Origin: Nanobdellota archaeon
GTDB lineage: Archaea; Nanobdellota; Nanobdellia; Pacearchaeales; GW2011-AR1
Assembly: GCA_038045825.1 (NCBI GenBank)
Contig: JBBSXJ010000003.1
Span: forward strand, 75,437-139,436
Direction: 5' to 3'
Length of the DNA: 64,000 nt
In this document: positions 55,672-64,000 of the stretch, piece after piece
Numbering within the stretch: the stretch's first letter is position 1
How the letters are laid out: every line of letters begins with the position of its first letter
Notes under the pieces: generated by a model
Told to the model about the DNA's origin: nothing
Seen by the model: the letters and a program-made list of their open reading frames with translations, nothing else
The model's database searches: none
Position numbers and translations under genes: made by a program

Positions 55672-57705
55672 ATGAAAGCAGTGATTCTAGCAGGAGGATT
55701 TGGAAAGAGATTAAGAATAGCCCTCGGGGAAACTCCAAAACCAATGGCTCCTATCGCAGGAAAGCCATTTTTAGAGCATCAGATACGCCTTTTGAAAGAG
55801 CAAGGAATAACTGAAATTGTTCTTTGTGTATATCATATGGCTGACAAAATAAAATCCTATTTTGATGACGGAAAAAAGTTAGGGGTTGAGATAACCTATT
55901 CTGATGAAGAAACTCCAATGGGAACAGGCGGGGCAATAAAGAAAGCAGAAAAATATCTCAAAAATGATACTTTCCTGGTTCTAAACGGAGATACTTATTC
56001 CCAGGTGAACATCAAAGATCTTAAGGAGTTTCATGATTCAAAAGGCGGATTAGGTACTATGTGTCTGACAAAAGCTAATAATGCTTTGGTTTCGGGAAAT
56101 GTTGTAGTAAAAGATGACAAAGTAATTTCTTTTGCCGAAAAAGAGGACATTGGTGCTGAATTAATTAACAGCGGAGTTTATATTTTTAGCCCAGACATTT
56201 TCAAGTACATCCCTGAAAATAAAAACGTCTCGCTAGAAAGAGAAACTTTTGTTCAATTAACTAATCAGAAACTTTTGAATGGCTACCAATATAAAGGATA
56301 TTTTATAGATATTGGCCTTCCCGAAACTTATTATCAATTCAAGAACGACGTTTTGAATCTGTTATATATTGGAGCAAGGGTTAGTTTGAGAGAAGTTATG
56401 CAAAAAATGGAACTTTTAGGCATTCCCGTTCTGCTCGTAGTTGATGAACAAAAAAAACTTCTTGGGACCATTACAGAAAAAGACATAAAAAAAATGATCA
56501 TAACTGGTAGGGATATTAATCTAGACGTTGGTAATGTCATGAACAAGGAGCCAATAACAGCAAAAATGGTTGCAACAAAAGAACATTTTGCAACTTTGTT
56601 TGAGCTAGGAGCAGACCATATCCCTGTGATTGACGAAGATGGTGTTGTAAAAGATTTAATATTTTATATCGAAGAGCTAAAAGAAAAACAATATCCTGTT
56701 GTTAGGGGAATGGCTCCTCTAAGAATAAGCTTCTCCGGTGGTGGTACAGATTTGCCTTATTTTTTTGATAAGTATGGCGGGGCAGTAATAAATTCAACAA
56801 TTGACAAATACTGCTATGCAACTATTGTCAAGAGAGCTGATAAGAAATTAATTATAGACTCTGACCTGACTCCTGAGAGAGATGTCGTAGTAAAATCTAT
56901 TAATGAACTAAATTATGATGGTAATCTTGATTTGATAAAGGCAGTTATAAAATTAATGAAGCCAGAATTCGGTTTTGAACTTTATTTACATAATGATATT
57001 CCTCCTGGAAGAGGATTAGGATCTTCTGCTAGCTTCGCAGTTTTAGTTTGTAGCCTTCTAAATCACTTACAAGAGACAAATTATGATGTTTACAAACTTG
57101 CTGAAATAGCTTACAAAGCGGAAAGGGAAGAACTAAAGATAAAGGGAGGTTGGCAGGACCAATATGCAGCACTGACTGGAGGATTTAGCTTTATGGAATT
57201 CAATGGAGAGAAGAATATAATTTATCCATTAAGACTTAAGGAAGATATTATTAATGAACTAAATAATAGGACTCTCCTATGTTATGTTGGAAAACATCAT
57301 TCTTCTGGAGAGGCACATTCAAAACAAGAAGAATCTTTCAAGAAAAATGAGGATGAGTCTGTAAGAATTTTGCAGACCATGAAAAGAATAGCTATAGATA
57401 TGAAAGATGCTTTGCTGACCAACAAACTAGATACATTTGGGAAATTACTTCATGAAAGCTGGGAATATAAGAAACTGCTCTCTCCAAATATTTCAAATGA
57501 ATTTGTAAATAAATTATATCAGGTAGGTTTAGATAACGGAGCTGACGGAGGTAAATTACTAGGTGCTGGAGATGGAGGATACCTTTTATTTTATTATAAT
57601 CCTAAAAAGAGAAATCAATTAGTTAGAGAACTTAAAAGATCTGGAGGGGAGATCATGGACTTTAACTTTGACTTTTCAGGTACTAAAGTATGGGCAGTCA
57701 AATAA
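55672..57705 (+). CDS. trifunctional-architecture protein: sugar-1-phosphate nucleotidyltransferase (HddC-like) + CBS pair + GHMP sugar kinase (HddA-like)
   Basis: ILAGGFGKRLR (NTP-transferase) at the N-terminus. Two CBS repeats lie at about residues 235-335. The C-terminal half has APLRISFSGGGTDLPYFFDKYGGAVINSTIDKYCY and PPGRGLGSSASFAVL (GHMP motif). Confidence 0.75.
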   Translation: MKAVILAGGFGKRLRIALGETPKPMAPIAGKPFLEHQIRLLKEQGITEIVLCVYHMADKIKSYFDDGKKLGVEITYSDEETPMGTGGAIKKAEKYLKNDTFLVLNGDTYSQVNIKDLKEFHDSKGGLGTMCLTKANNALVSGNVVVKDDKVISFAEKEDIGAELINSGVYIFSPDIFKYIPENKNVSLERETFVQLTNQKLLNGYQYKGYFIDIGLPETYYQFKNDVLNLLYIGARVSLREVMQKMELLGIPVLLVVDEQKKLLGTITEKDIKKMIITGRDINLDVGNVMNKEPITAKMVATKEHFATLFELGADHIPVIDEDGVVKDLIFYIEELKEKQYPVVRGMAPLRISFSGGGTDLPYFFDKYGGAVINSTIDKYCYATIVKRADKKLIIDSDLTPERDVVVKSINELNYDGNLDLIKAVIKLMKPEFGFELYLHNDIPPGRGLGSSASFAVLVCSLLNHLQETNYDVYKLAEIAYKAEREELKIKGGWQDQYAALTGGFSFMEFNGEKNIIYPLRLKEDIINELNNRTLLCYVGKHHSSGEAHSKQEESFKKNEDESVRILQTMKRIAIDMKDALLTNKLDTFGKLLHESWEYKKLLSPNISNEFVNKLYQVGLDNGADGGKLLGAGDGGYLLFYYNPKKRNQLVRELKRSGGEIMDFNFDFSGTKVWAVK

Positions 57706-57765
57706 ACTGAGCGATCATCACAGCGATGAATAAATTTATAAACTGCATCCAAAGATTTTGTTATT

Positions 57766-58701
57766 ATGAATTTAGATGGGCGCATTTATATTGCAGGGAA
57801 TACTGGATTGGTTGGATCTGCTTTGGAAAGAACTTTGCACAGAGAAGGTTATAAAAATGTAATTGGTACAAGCTCAAAGGATTTTGATTTGCGTGATTTT
57901 CAAGCTACGAATGATTTCTTTTTAAGTAGTTCTCCTGAATATGTTTTTTTTGTAGCTGCGCGCGTTGGTGGCATTAAAGCAAATATGACTTATCCCGCTG
58001 AATTCATATTTGACAATCTGCAGATGCAGAATAATGTCATACATACTGCGATGAGGCATAAAGTAAAGAAATTAATGTTTTTTGGAAGTAATTGTATGTA
58101 TCCTCGCGAATGCGAGCAACCTATGAGAGAAGACAGCCTTCTTACAGGAATTCTTGAACCAACAAACCAAGCATATGCTCTAGCGAAACTTGCTGGGATG
58201 GAGATGTGCAAAGCATATAGAAAACAGCATGGAGCAGATTTCATAACTGTGATTCCTGCAAATTTATATGGACCACAGGATACTTATAATCAAGAGCGGT
58301 CGCACTTCATACCTGCTTTGCTTGAACGATTTGATTTGGCAAGACTAAATAGTTCACCAAATGTGGTTATGTGGGGCACTGGGACACCAAGAAGAGATGT
58401 CTTATATGTTGATGATTTGGCAGAAGCGTGCTTATTGTTAATGAAAGATTATAGTGGTGAAAGACCAATTAATGTGGGAACAGGGAGAGACCATAGCATA
58501 CTAGAAGTAGCAGAAACAATCAAAGATGTAGTTGGTTTCAGGGGAAAGATATTATTTGATGCAAGCAAACCTGATGGAATGCCACGTAAAATGCTTGATG
58601 CCTCGCGTCTGCAACAGTTAGGATGGCAGGCCAAAACAGAATTGCGTGATGGACTTGCCTTGACTTACGAATCTTTTTTGAAAGGTAAAATTCGCACATA
58701 A
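57766..58701 (+). CDS. fcl: GDP-L-fucose synthase-like epimerase/reductase
   Basis: IYIAGNTGLVGSAL, YALAKLAGMEMCKAY (Y-x3-K), typical 311-aa length. Confidence 0.85.
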   Translation: MNLDGRIYIAGNTGLVGSALERTLHREGYKNVIGTSSKDFDLRDFQATNDFFLSSSPEYVFFVAARVGGIKANMTYPAEFIFDNLQMQNNVIHTAMRHKVKKLMFFGSNCMYPRECEQPMREDSLLTGILEPTNQAYALAKLAGMEMCKAYRKQHGADFITVIPANLYGPQDTYNQERSHFIPALLERFDLARLNSSPNVVMWGTGTPRRDVLYVDDLAEACLLLMKDYSGERPINVGTGRDHSILEVAETIKDVVGFRGKILFDASKPDGMPRKMLDASRLQQLGWQAKTELRDGLALTYESFLKGKIRT

Positions 58702-58713
58702 ATTAGTTTAAAC

Positions 58714-59286
58714 TTAAAGATTAAGAGCTACCAACTCTTTCTCCACAATTTCACACATTATGTGCATTATAAGAGTATGGCTCTCCTGAATCCTAGGGGT
58801 ATCTCTTGAGTCGACTATAATTGATAAGTCGCATAACTTTCCCAAATGTCCGCCATTATTCCCTAAAAATCCTATAGAGACCATTTTTTTCTTTTTAGCA
58901 AATTCCACTGCTTTTATTACATTTTTTGAATTTCCCGAGGTGCTTATGCCAATTAATATATCTCCCTCTTTCCCATGAGCCTCCACTTGTTTAGAAAATA
59001 TTTCATCAAAACTATAGTCATTTCCTATTGCAGTTATTGTAGATGTATCTGTTGTTAAAGCAATACAAGGCCAAGGATTTCTTTCTATCTTGAACCTGTT
59101 TAAAAATTCACCAGACATATGTTGTGCATCTGCAGCACTACCCCCATTACCACACACAAGTATCTTTCCGCCTTTTTTATAACATCTTATAATTGTTTCA
59201 ATTAGTTTTTGAATATCTTGGATTGGCAGATTTTCTTTAACTTTAATCGACTCTATTATTAAATCTTTTATTTTTTCTGAATACAT
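58714..59286 (-). CDS. gmhA: phosphoheptose (sedoheptulose-7-phosphate) isomerase, SIS domain
   Basis: ILVCGNGGSAADAQHMSGEFLNRF and ISTSGNS blocks. Confidence 0.85.
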   Translation of the reverse strand: MYSEKIKDLIIESIKVKENLPIQDIQKLIETIIRCYKKGGKILVCGNGGSAADAQHMSGEFLNRFKIERNPWPCIALTTDTSTITAIGNDYSFDEIFSKQVEAHGKEGDILIGISTSGNSKNVIKAVEFAKKKKMVSIGFLGNNGGHLGKLCDLSIIVDSRDTPRIQESHTLIMHIMCEIVEKELVALNL

Positions 59287-59314
59287 ATTTAAATTAATAA
59301 ATGGGGCTATTTAA

Positions 59315-59869
59315 TTATTTTTGAGTTGAATTAGGATATTGGTGATGAAGATTTCCTAATTCTATAAGAAGAGTTGGTCTGCTACTATCTAAGGCACTCT
59401 TATATGCAGGAACGATTTGTTCTGCCATTTCCAATCTTATTATATCTATATTGGTTAAGAGACTTCTGAATGCTGTGTAGTGATCTTGTGAATGCTGTGG
59501 TCCTGGGTCTATTGGCTGAGTGCCTCCAACAATCGTTCTGATTATTACTTTAGGTTTAAACTGCCCTCTGGACATCATCTCAACTTTATCTAGGTGGTTA
59601 ACTAATTGATCTGTTGCAAGAGGTAGAAAATCAAATCTTGGATAAATAGAAACAGGAATATATCCTCTTAAGGCTAATCCTGTAGAGATTCCCATTTGTA
59701 AATCTTCAATTATCGGGAGCTCTACTCTTTTTTCAAGAGGTACATCTTTTAGAGTAGAAGTTGTATACCTGCTACCTCCAAAAACTACTGTTTGACCAAG
59801 AAATAAAGTTCTTTCGTCTTTTGCAAGCAAATCCATTGCTTGTTTAAGTGCCTCAACATATGGATTCAT
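59315..59869 (-). CDS. TPP-enzyme E1 beta-like (pyrimidine-binding domain only)
   Basis: 185 aa from ATG 59869 (the track's 60001 start overlaps the upstream gene). LPIIEDLQMGISTGLALRGYIPV; lacks the usual C-terminal domain. Confidence 0.7.
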   Translation of the reverse strand: MNPYVEALKQAMDLLAKDERTLFLGQTVVFGGSRYTTSTLKDVPLEKRVELPIIEDLQMGISTGLALRGYIPVSIYPRFDFLPLATDQLVNHLDKVEMMSRGQFKPKVIIRTIVGGTQPIDPGPQHSQDHYTAFRSLLTNIDIIRLEMAEQIVPAYKSALDSSRPTLLIELGNLHHQYPNSTQK

Positions 59870-59870
59870 G

Positions 59871-60602
59871 TTAAAACCCTGCCTCCTTTCCTGCTCCTTG
59901 ATGTTTGAAAGAATTTTTATAAGCATAATAAATTGTGTTAGGTAGAAGTTGAGGAATTCTATTTTTATCCATTCCCCAAACCTCTCTTGTAGGAGTATCA
60001 ACGCTCATTCCATTATCTTCTATTACAAAAATAATTGGGAGCTCGTGATTGGATGCATAATTAGTAGCTTCATGAAATGCTCCTGTTTGCGCAGCCATAT
60101 CTCCGCAGAAAGCCCAAACATGTCCTTTAGAGCCAGATAATTTATAAGCCATTGCCAAACCTACTGCTGGTTTTAGATGCCCTGGAACTATAGCTGAAGA
60201 GAAAACTCCATACTCCTTATCCATTGGATACATGCTTCTTCCTTCAATAATATCCTGCCTTACTCTTTCTTGAGGCATTCCTTTTAGAAGAATATGAGCA
60301 TGATTTCTATAAGAAACAAAAATAAAGTCTTCTTTTTTTATTCCTTTGAGATAATCTGCATCCTGATTATCTTCTGGAACAACCACTAATTTTGCATCTA
60401 ATACTTCCTGGCGTGTTAAGGGAGGAAGCTGTTTAATATATTCTCCTTCTCTAAGACCCCTAAATATCTTGATTATTTGTTCTTCATTTCCTTTTGCGAA
60501 ATGAACGGGTCCATTAATTTCTCCTCTTGACCAAAGTGCAGCAAGTTCATCTTCAAATTCCATTAAAGATTTTGACGTTCCTGCAATATTTTCTAAGTTC
60601 AT
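59871..60602 (-). CDS. TPP-enzyme E1 alpha-like (pyrophosphate-binding domain)
   Basis: CGDMAAQTGAFHEATNYASNHELPIIFVIEDNG matches the GD-x(24-27)-N TPP-binding motif. At 243 aa it is shorter than canonical E1 alpha. Confidence 0.7.
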   Translation of the reverse strand: MNLENIAGTSKSLMEFEDELAALWSRGEINGPVHFAKGNEEQIIKIFRGLREGEYIKQLPPLTRQEVLDAKLVVVPEDNQDADYLKGIKKEDFIFVSYRNHAHILLKGMPQERVRQDIIEGRSMYPMDKEYGVFSSAIVPGHLKPAVGLAMAYKLSGSKGHVWAFCGDMAAQTGAFHEATNYASNHELPIIFVIEDNGMSVDTPTREVWGMDKNRIPQLLPNTIYYAYKNSFKHQGAGKEAGF

Positions 60603-60659
60603 TATTTTTCACATAATAATTAGTTTTTAAACATTTATGCAATTTAGAGAAATACAATC

Positions 60660-61784
60660 TTAAGTCTTAAAAAAATCATGTAGTGCTTCTGAAGCATAAT
60701 CTAAATTATCTTTTGTAAGTTTTTGATGTATTCCAAAGTGAACACCTTTATCACCCACATATTCTGCTTCTGGGAAATCTCCTAATCTATGACCTATGAA
60801 AGCAAAAGCTCCTTGTTGCGTAGGCATGCTTCTGAAATTAACTTTGGATTTTATTCCTCTTTCTTCAAGAAAAACATAAAGATCTTTTGCGCCTCTTCTA
60901 TCTCCTTCCTTTAATGTTACACTGAATGCATGAGGACAAATATCTTCGCCTTTTTCTTCATTATTAAAGTAAGCTCTATCTTGAAGGTCTTTTGTTTGAC
61001 CCAATAGATAAACTAAGTTGTCTTTTCTAGTCCTATAAACTCTCCAGAAATCGTCCAATTGGTCTAATCCTATTGTTGCGGCCATATCAGTCATTTTTGC
61101 ATTGACGCCTAACCTTTCGTGGTCAAAATATACAGTCCCAGGTTTTCTTCCGTGAGTTTTTACAGACCTTAGCACATGAGCCATTTGGTCATCTTTTGTA
61201 GAAACCATTCCACCCTCTCCTGCAAAAACTAAATGAGCTGCATAGAAACTAAATGCTGCTGCATCTCCCCATAGACCGATATGTCTTCCTTGATACTTAG
61301 CACCGTGAGCTTCACAGGCATCCTCAATTACTTTAAGATTATGGGCTCTTGCAATATCTGTAATTACATCCATTTTTGCTGGTTTGCCCATTGTATGGAC
61401 TGGCATAATTGCTCTTGTTCTTGATGTAATTGCTTGTTCTATCTTTGTTTCATCAATATTAAGAGTATCTCTTTTTATGTCTATAAAAACTGGATTTAGC
61501 CCTGCTGCAAGAACAGCTTCTCCTACCGCTGCAAAGGCTAATGCAGGAACTATAACTTCATCTCCCCTTTTAGCGCCAAAATCATATAAAGACATGCAAG
61601 CTATTGTATCTGCTGCTGTTCCTGAAGGAGTAGCTATACTATGGGGATAACCAAATAAATCCCCCCATCTTTCTTCAAATTTCTTAACTCTAGAACCTTC
61701 AGTTATTCTGTTTGATTTTAATAACTCGACCATAGAATCTATCGTTCTTGAAGGAATCTCAGGATCGCCAAATTCTATATTCAT
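60660..61784 (-). CDS. DegT/DnrJ/EryC1/StrS-family sugar aminotransferase, second copy
   Basis: 374 aa; ITEGSRVKKFEERWGDLFG...ATPSGTAAD and later blocks typical of the family. Confidence 0.85.
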   Translation of the reverse strand: MNIEFGDPEIPSRTIDSMVELLKSNRITEGSRVKKFEERWGDLFGYPHSIATPSGTAADTIACMSLYDFGAKRGDEVIVPALAFAAVGEAVLAAGLNPVFIDIKRDTLNIDETKIEQAITSRTRAIMPVHTMGKPAKMDVITDIARAHNLKVIEDACEAHGAKYQGRHIGLWGDAAAFSFYAAHLVFAGEGGMVSTKDDQMAHVLRSVKTHGRKPGTVYFDHERLGVNAKMTDMAATIGLDQLDDFWRVYRTRKDNLVYLLGQTKDLQDRAYFNNEEKGEDICPHAFSVTLKEGDRRGAKDLYVFLEERGIKSKVNFRSMPTQQGAFAFIGHRLGDFPEAEYVGDKGVHFGIHQKLTKDNLDYASEALHDFFKT

Positions 61785-61881
61785 AACAACATTTTATAGA
61801 TATTACTTATAAATATAACTACATTAGAAAACACATAAAGGTTTTCTACCTGGACATCGCAATTCTAAAAATAACTAAATC

Positions 61882-63459
61882 TTAATGACTGATTTCATCA
61901 TTAACTCTTAAAGGATGATTTTTATATAATATATTTTTATATACATAAGACCTTATATTATTTAAAATTTCTAAATCATTCTTATCTAGACAGCCCATCT
62001 TAAATATTAGAACTAGATATAGAAAAACGAATAATAATGTTAAAATTATTAGAGTAAATAGATTGACAGAAATATAATATTTAATAACAGTCAACAATAT
62101 AGTTGGTATAATTGATGCTATTGCAATTTTAAGCATTTTTCTTCTTAAAGGGATTATTGAAACTTGCCGTTTTACTTCCACAAATAGCATTAAATTTAAT
62201 ATTATCCAGGATATTGAAGTGCCTATTGCTGCTCCAACAATACCGTAACTTGGAACTAAAATAATATTCAAGACAAGATTTATTATGGAAGTTACTATTA
62301 TATTCATAAGTATGGTTTTAGATTTTCCTTTCATTGAAAGGAGATTATTCATTAGAGTACTAAATGAAGAAAATGCTCCCGCTACTGCTAGTATTCTTAG
62401 TGATGATTCTGCAGCTAAAAATTCCTGGCCAAATAAAATGTTTATTACGGCACCTGGAAAGATAAACATTATTATTAAGAGCGGGAGGTTTAAGATAAAG
62501 ATCCACTTAACAACCTGCTTGCTTAGTTCCCTTATCATCTCGATTCTCTTTTTTGAATATTCCCTTACTATAATTGGGAAAAATAACTGCATAAAGAGTT
62601 CAGGTGCTATGCCGAATAGAGCAACTAAAGTAAATGAGACATTATAAAATCCAACATCTGTGGCTGTTTTAAAGTACCCTATGACAAACGAATCTATCCA
62701 GTAGAATAAAATATTTATTGCTCCCAAAAAAAGTATAGGCCATGAATAAGAAAAGAATTCCCTGTTCAATCTTTTCTTCTCATTAGATGCAATATCTTTT
62801 TCATATAATAATCTTACCAACACCTTTTTGCATCCAATATAGGATAAAATAGCCACTCCAAGAATGCTAATAAAATAAGATGAAAGAATTGCATTTTCCT
62901 TTAAGCCAACCAAAATAAATATTATCAGAAGCAACACCTTGATTCCATTTGAGAATATGTTTACTATGAATGTGTATAGTGTAACTTTTTCGTATGCTTT
63001 CAATATTGAAAGGAAGATGTTTGATAAAATTGAAATTGGGATAGCAATGCTAAATACTTTTAGAAATAAAGTCATATTATAACTATTGAATAAATTAACA
63101 GATATTGTTTCAGCAAAAATAAATAAAATTGTTGCTCCAATTAGCCCCGAAAATAAAGATATTATTATTGAAAACTTTATCAAATGCTTAACTTTGCTTC
63201 CGCCTATTCCTTTGTATAATGCAATATAACGAAGAAGCCCTTCAGATAGACCAAGAGATCCAAGAGTAATGAAAATGCTAAAAACTGTTAGAGAAAGAGA
63301 GAATACTCCAAAAATCTCTGGGCCAAATGTTCTTGCTATTACAATCTTATATAAATAAGTAAGAATTTTAGATATCAATACACCTATAAGTACTATTAGT
63401 GAGCCTCTTGCAAGCATTTTAAGAGATTTATTTAAATCTTTATTGTTGTTTTTATCCAT
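61882..63459 (-). CDS. oligosaccharide flippase (MOP superfamily, Wzx-like)
   Basis: 525 aa, ~14 TM. Confidence 0.75.
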   Translation of the reverse strand: MDKNNNKDLNKSLKMLARGSLIVLIGVLISKILTYLYKIVIARTFGPEIFGVFSLSLTVFSIFITLGSLGLSEGLLRYIALYKGIGGSKVKHLIKFSIIISLFSGLIGATILFIFAETISVNLFNSYNMTLFLKVFSIAIPISILSNIFLSILKAYEKVTLYTFIVNIFSNGIKVLLLIIFILVGLKENAILSSYFISILGVAILSYIGCKKVLVRLLYEKDIASNEKKRLNREFFSYSWPILFLGAINILFYWIDSFVIGYFKTATDVGFYNVSFTLVALFGIAPELFMQLFFPIIVREYSKKRIEMIRELSKQVVKWIFILNLPLLIIMFIFPGAVINILFGQEFLAAESSLRILAVAGAFSSFSTLMNNLLSMKGKSKTILMNIIVTSIINLVLNIILVPSYGIVGAAIGTSISWIILNLMLFVEVKRQVSIIPLRRKMLKIAIASIIPTILLTVIKYYISVNLFTLIILTLLFVFLYLVLIFKMGCLDKNDLEILNNIRSYVYKNILYKNHPLRVNDEISH

Positions 63460-63499
63460 AATTTAGAAAGTTAAACTCTTTATTTAAACTCTTTACACC

Positions 63500-64000
63500 T
63501 TAATTTAAAGGTTCTTTTATCAACATAAAAATAACAAGAAATAAAGATAGTATTGATAATACTATAGATATCAATATAATTAAGTATGAAGATTTATCTA
63601 AAAGTTTTGCAAATGGATCTATTGTCTTATAATCAAATAAGTAATCTTTCATATTTTTATACAAATAAGGAACGAAGTAAAAGCTTTGAGACTGTTTAAT
63701 TTGCTCTAGGGCTTGTTCAGGTATTCTAAATTCTGCTGAGTAGACTTTGTAATATTGCTGCGGAATAATATTAAATAATTCGTTCCCCTTGAAGCGAGGT
63801 GATTCTATTATTTTAACTATATCTGCTGTTTGTGCAATCGATTGAATAAAAGACTCTGATGAGCTGTTTAGATTTTGATTATTGGCAACCCAACCCCATC
63901 CACAATCATCTACAACACACTCTACGAAATAGACTTTCATCGGAGGAACAGATGACATATTCTGTGCAAAAACCTGCTGCAGTATCGGCAATGATTGTTC
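63500..64000 (-). CDS. C-terminal part of a membrane protein; gene continues beyond window end
   Basis: The track's start at 63991 is a TTG; the three codons between it and nt 64000 are also open. C-terminal TM anchor. Confidence 0.4.
   Translation of the reverse strand, partial: EQSLPILQQVFAQNMSSVPPMKVYFVECVVDDCGWGWVANNQNLNSSSESFIQSIAQTADIVKIIESPRFKGNELFNIIPQQYYKVYSAEFRIPEQALEQIKQSQSFYFVPYLYKNMKDYLFDYKTIDPFAKLLDKSSYLIILISIVLSILSLFLVIFMLIKEPLN

Noticed and set aside
1-64000. Search by eye for rRNA, tRNA, CRISPR arrays, transposases, integrases, toxin-antitoxin or known defence genes
   Set aside because: I found no T-loop/D-loop-bearing cloverleaf candidates in the few intergenic gaps. There are no regularly spaced direct repeats other than the four junction elements (kilobases apart, not an array). 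No recombinase- or nuclease-like ORFs were recognised. A tRNAscan/Infernal run would be needed to exclude small RNAs formally.

Overview
Low-GC archaeal window. Eukaryote/archaea-type r-proteins eS4, eL32 and eL19, aIF1/SUI1, AglB and prefoldin are all present. The compact overlapping gene junctions and the AMP phosphorylase suggest a small-genome, DPANN-like archaeon, but that is inference only. All calls come from reading the ORF translations and the DNA; no database search was run.

Layout:
(i) 1-4.6 kb: housekeeping and orphan genes, including AMP phosphorylase and an AI-2E transporter.
(ii) 4.7-20.6 kb: the complete uL3-to-uL15 ribosomal-protein superoperon, then SecY, a DUF106/EMC3-like insertase and prefoldin alpha.
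(iii) 20.6-23 kb: a ribose-1,5-bisphosphate isomerase-like gene, a SpoIIM-like gene and a histidine phosphatase.
(iv) 23-64 kb: a roughly 40-kb protein-glycosylation / nucleotide-sugar island. It holds AglB, two flippases, about 10 glycosyltransferases and two carbamoyltransferases. It also holds a GDP-mannose dehydratase / aminotransferase / Pta-GNAT operon and a GDP-heptose-like module. The remaining genes are a B12 radical SAM enzyme and a split TPP enzyme.

The most unusual signal is non-coding. A conserved ~60-nt element occurs four times and fills exactly the four r-protein cistron junctions that are not overlapping or 0-1 nt apart. Each copy is bracketed by a direct duplication of the downstream gene's start region. 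Each carries a hairpin, a GGAGG Shine-Dalgarno and a 19-20 codon mini-ORF that runs from the upstream stop to the downstream start.

Three unrecognised small ORFs are also translationally coupled inside the operon, and uL22 has a His-rich N-terminal extension. In the sugar island I flag:
- an SxtJ / carbamoyltransferase / DUF5989 triad, including a 53-codon gene missing from the ORF track;
- mosaic 100%-identical patches between two tandem paralogs;
- a compositionally distinct, GC-richer block at about 50.6-61.8 kb;
- several unusual domain fusions.

No rRNA, tRNA, CRISPR array, transposase or integrase was recognised.
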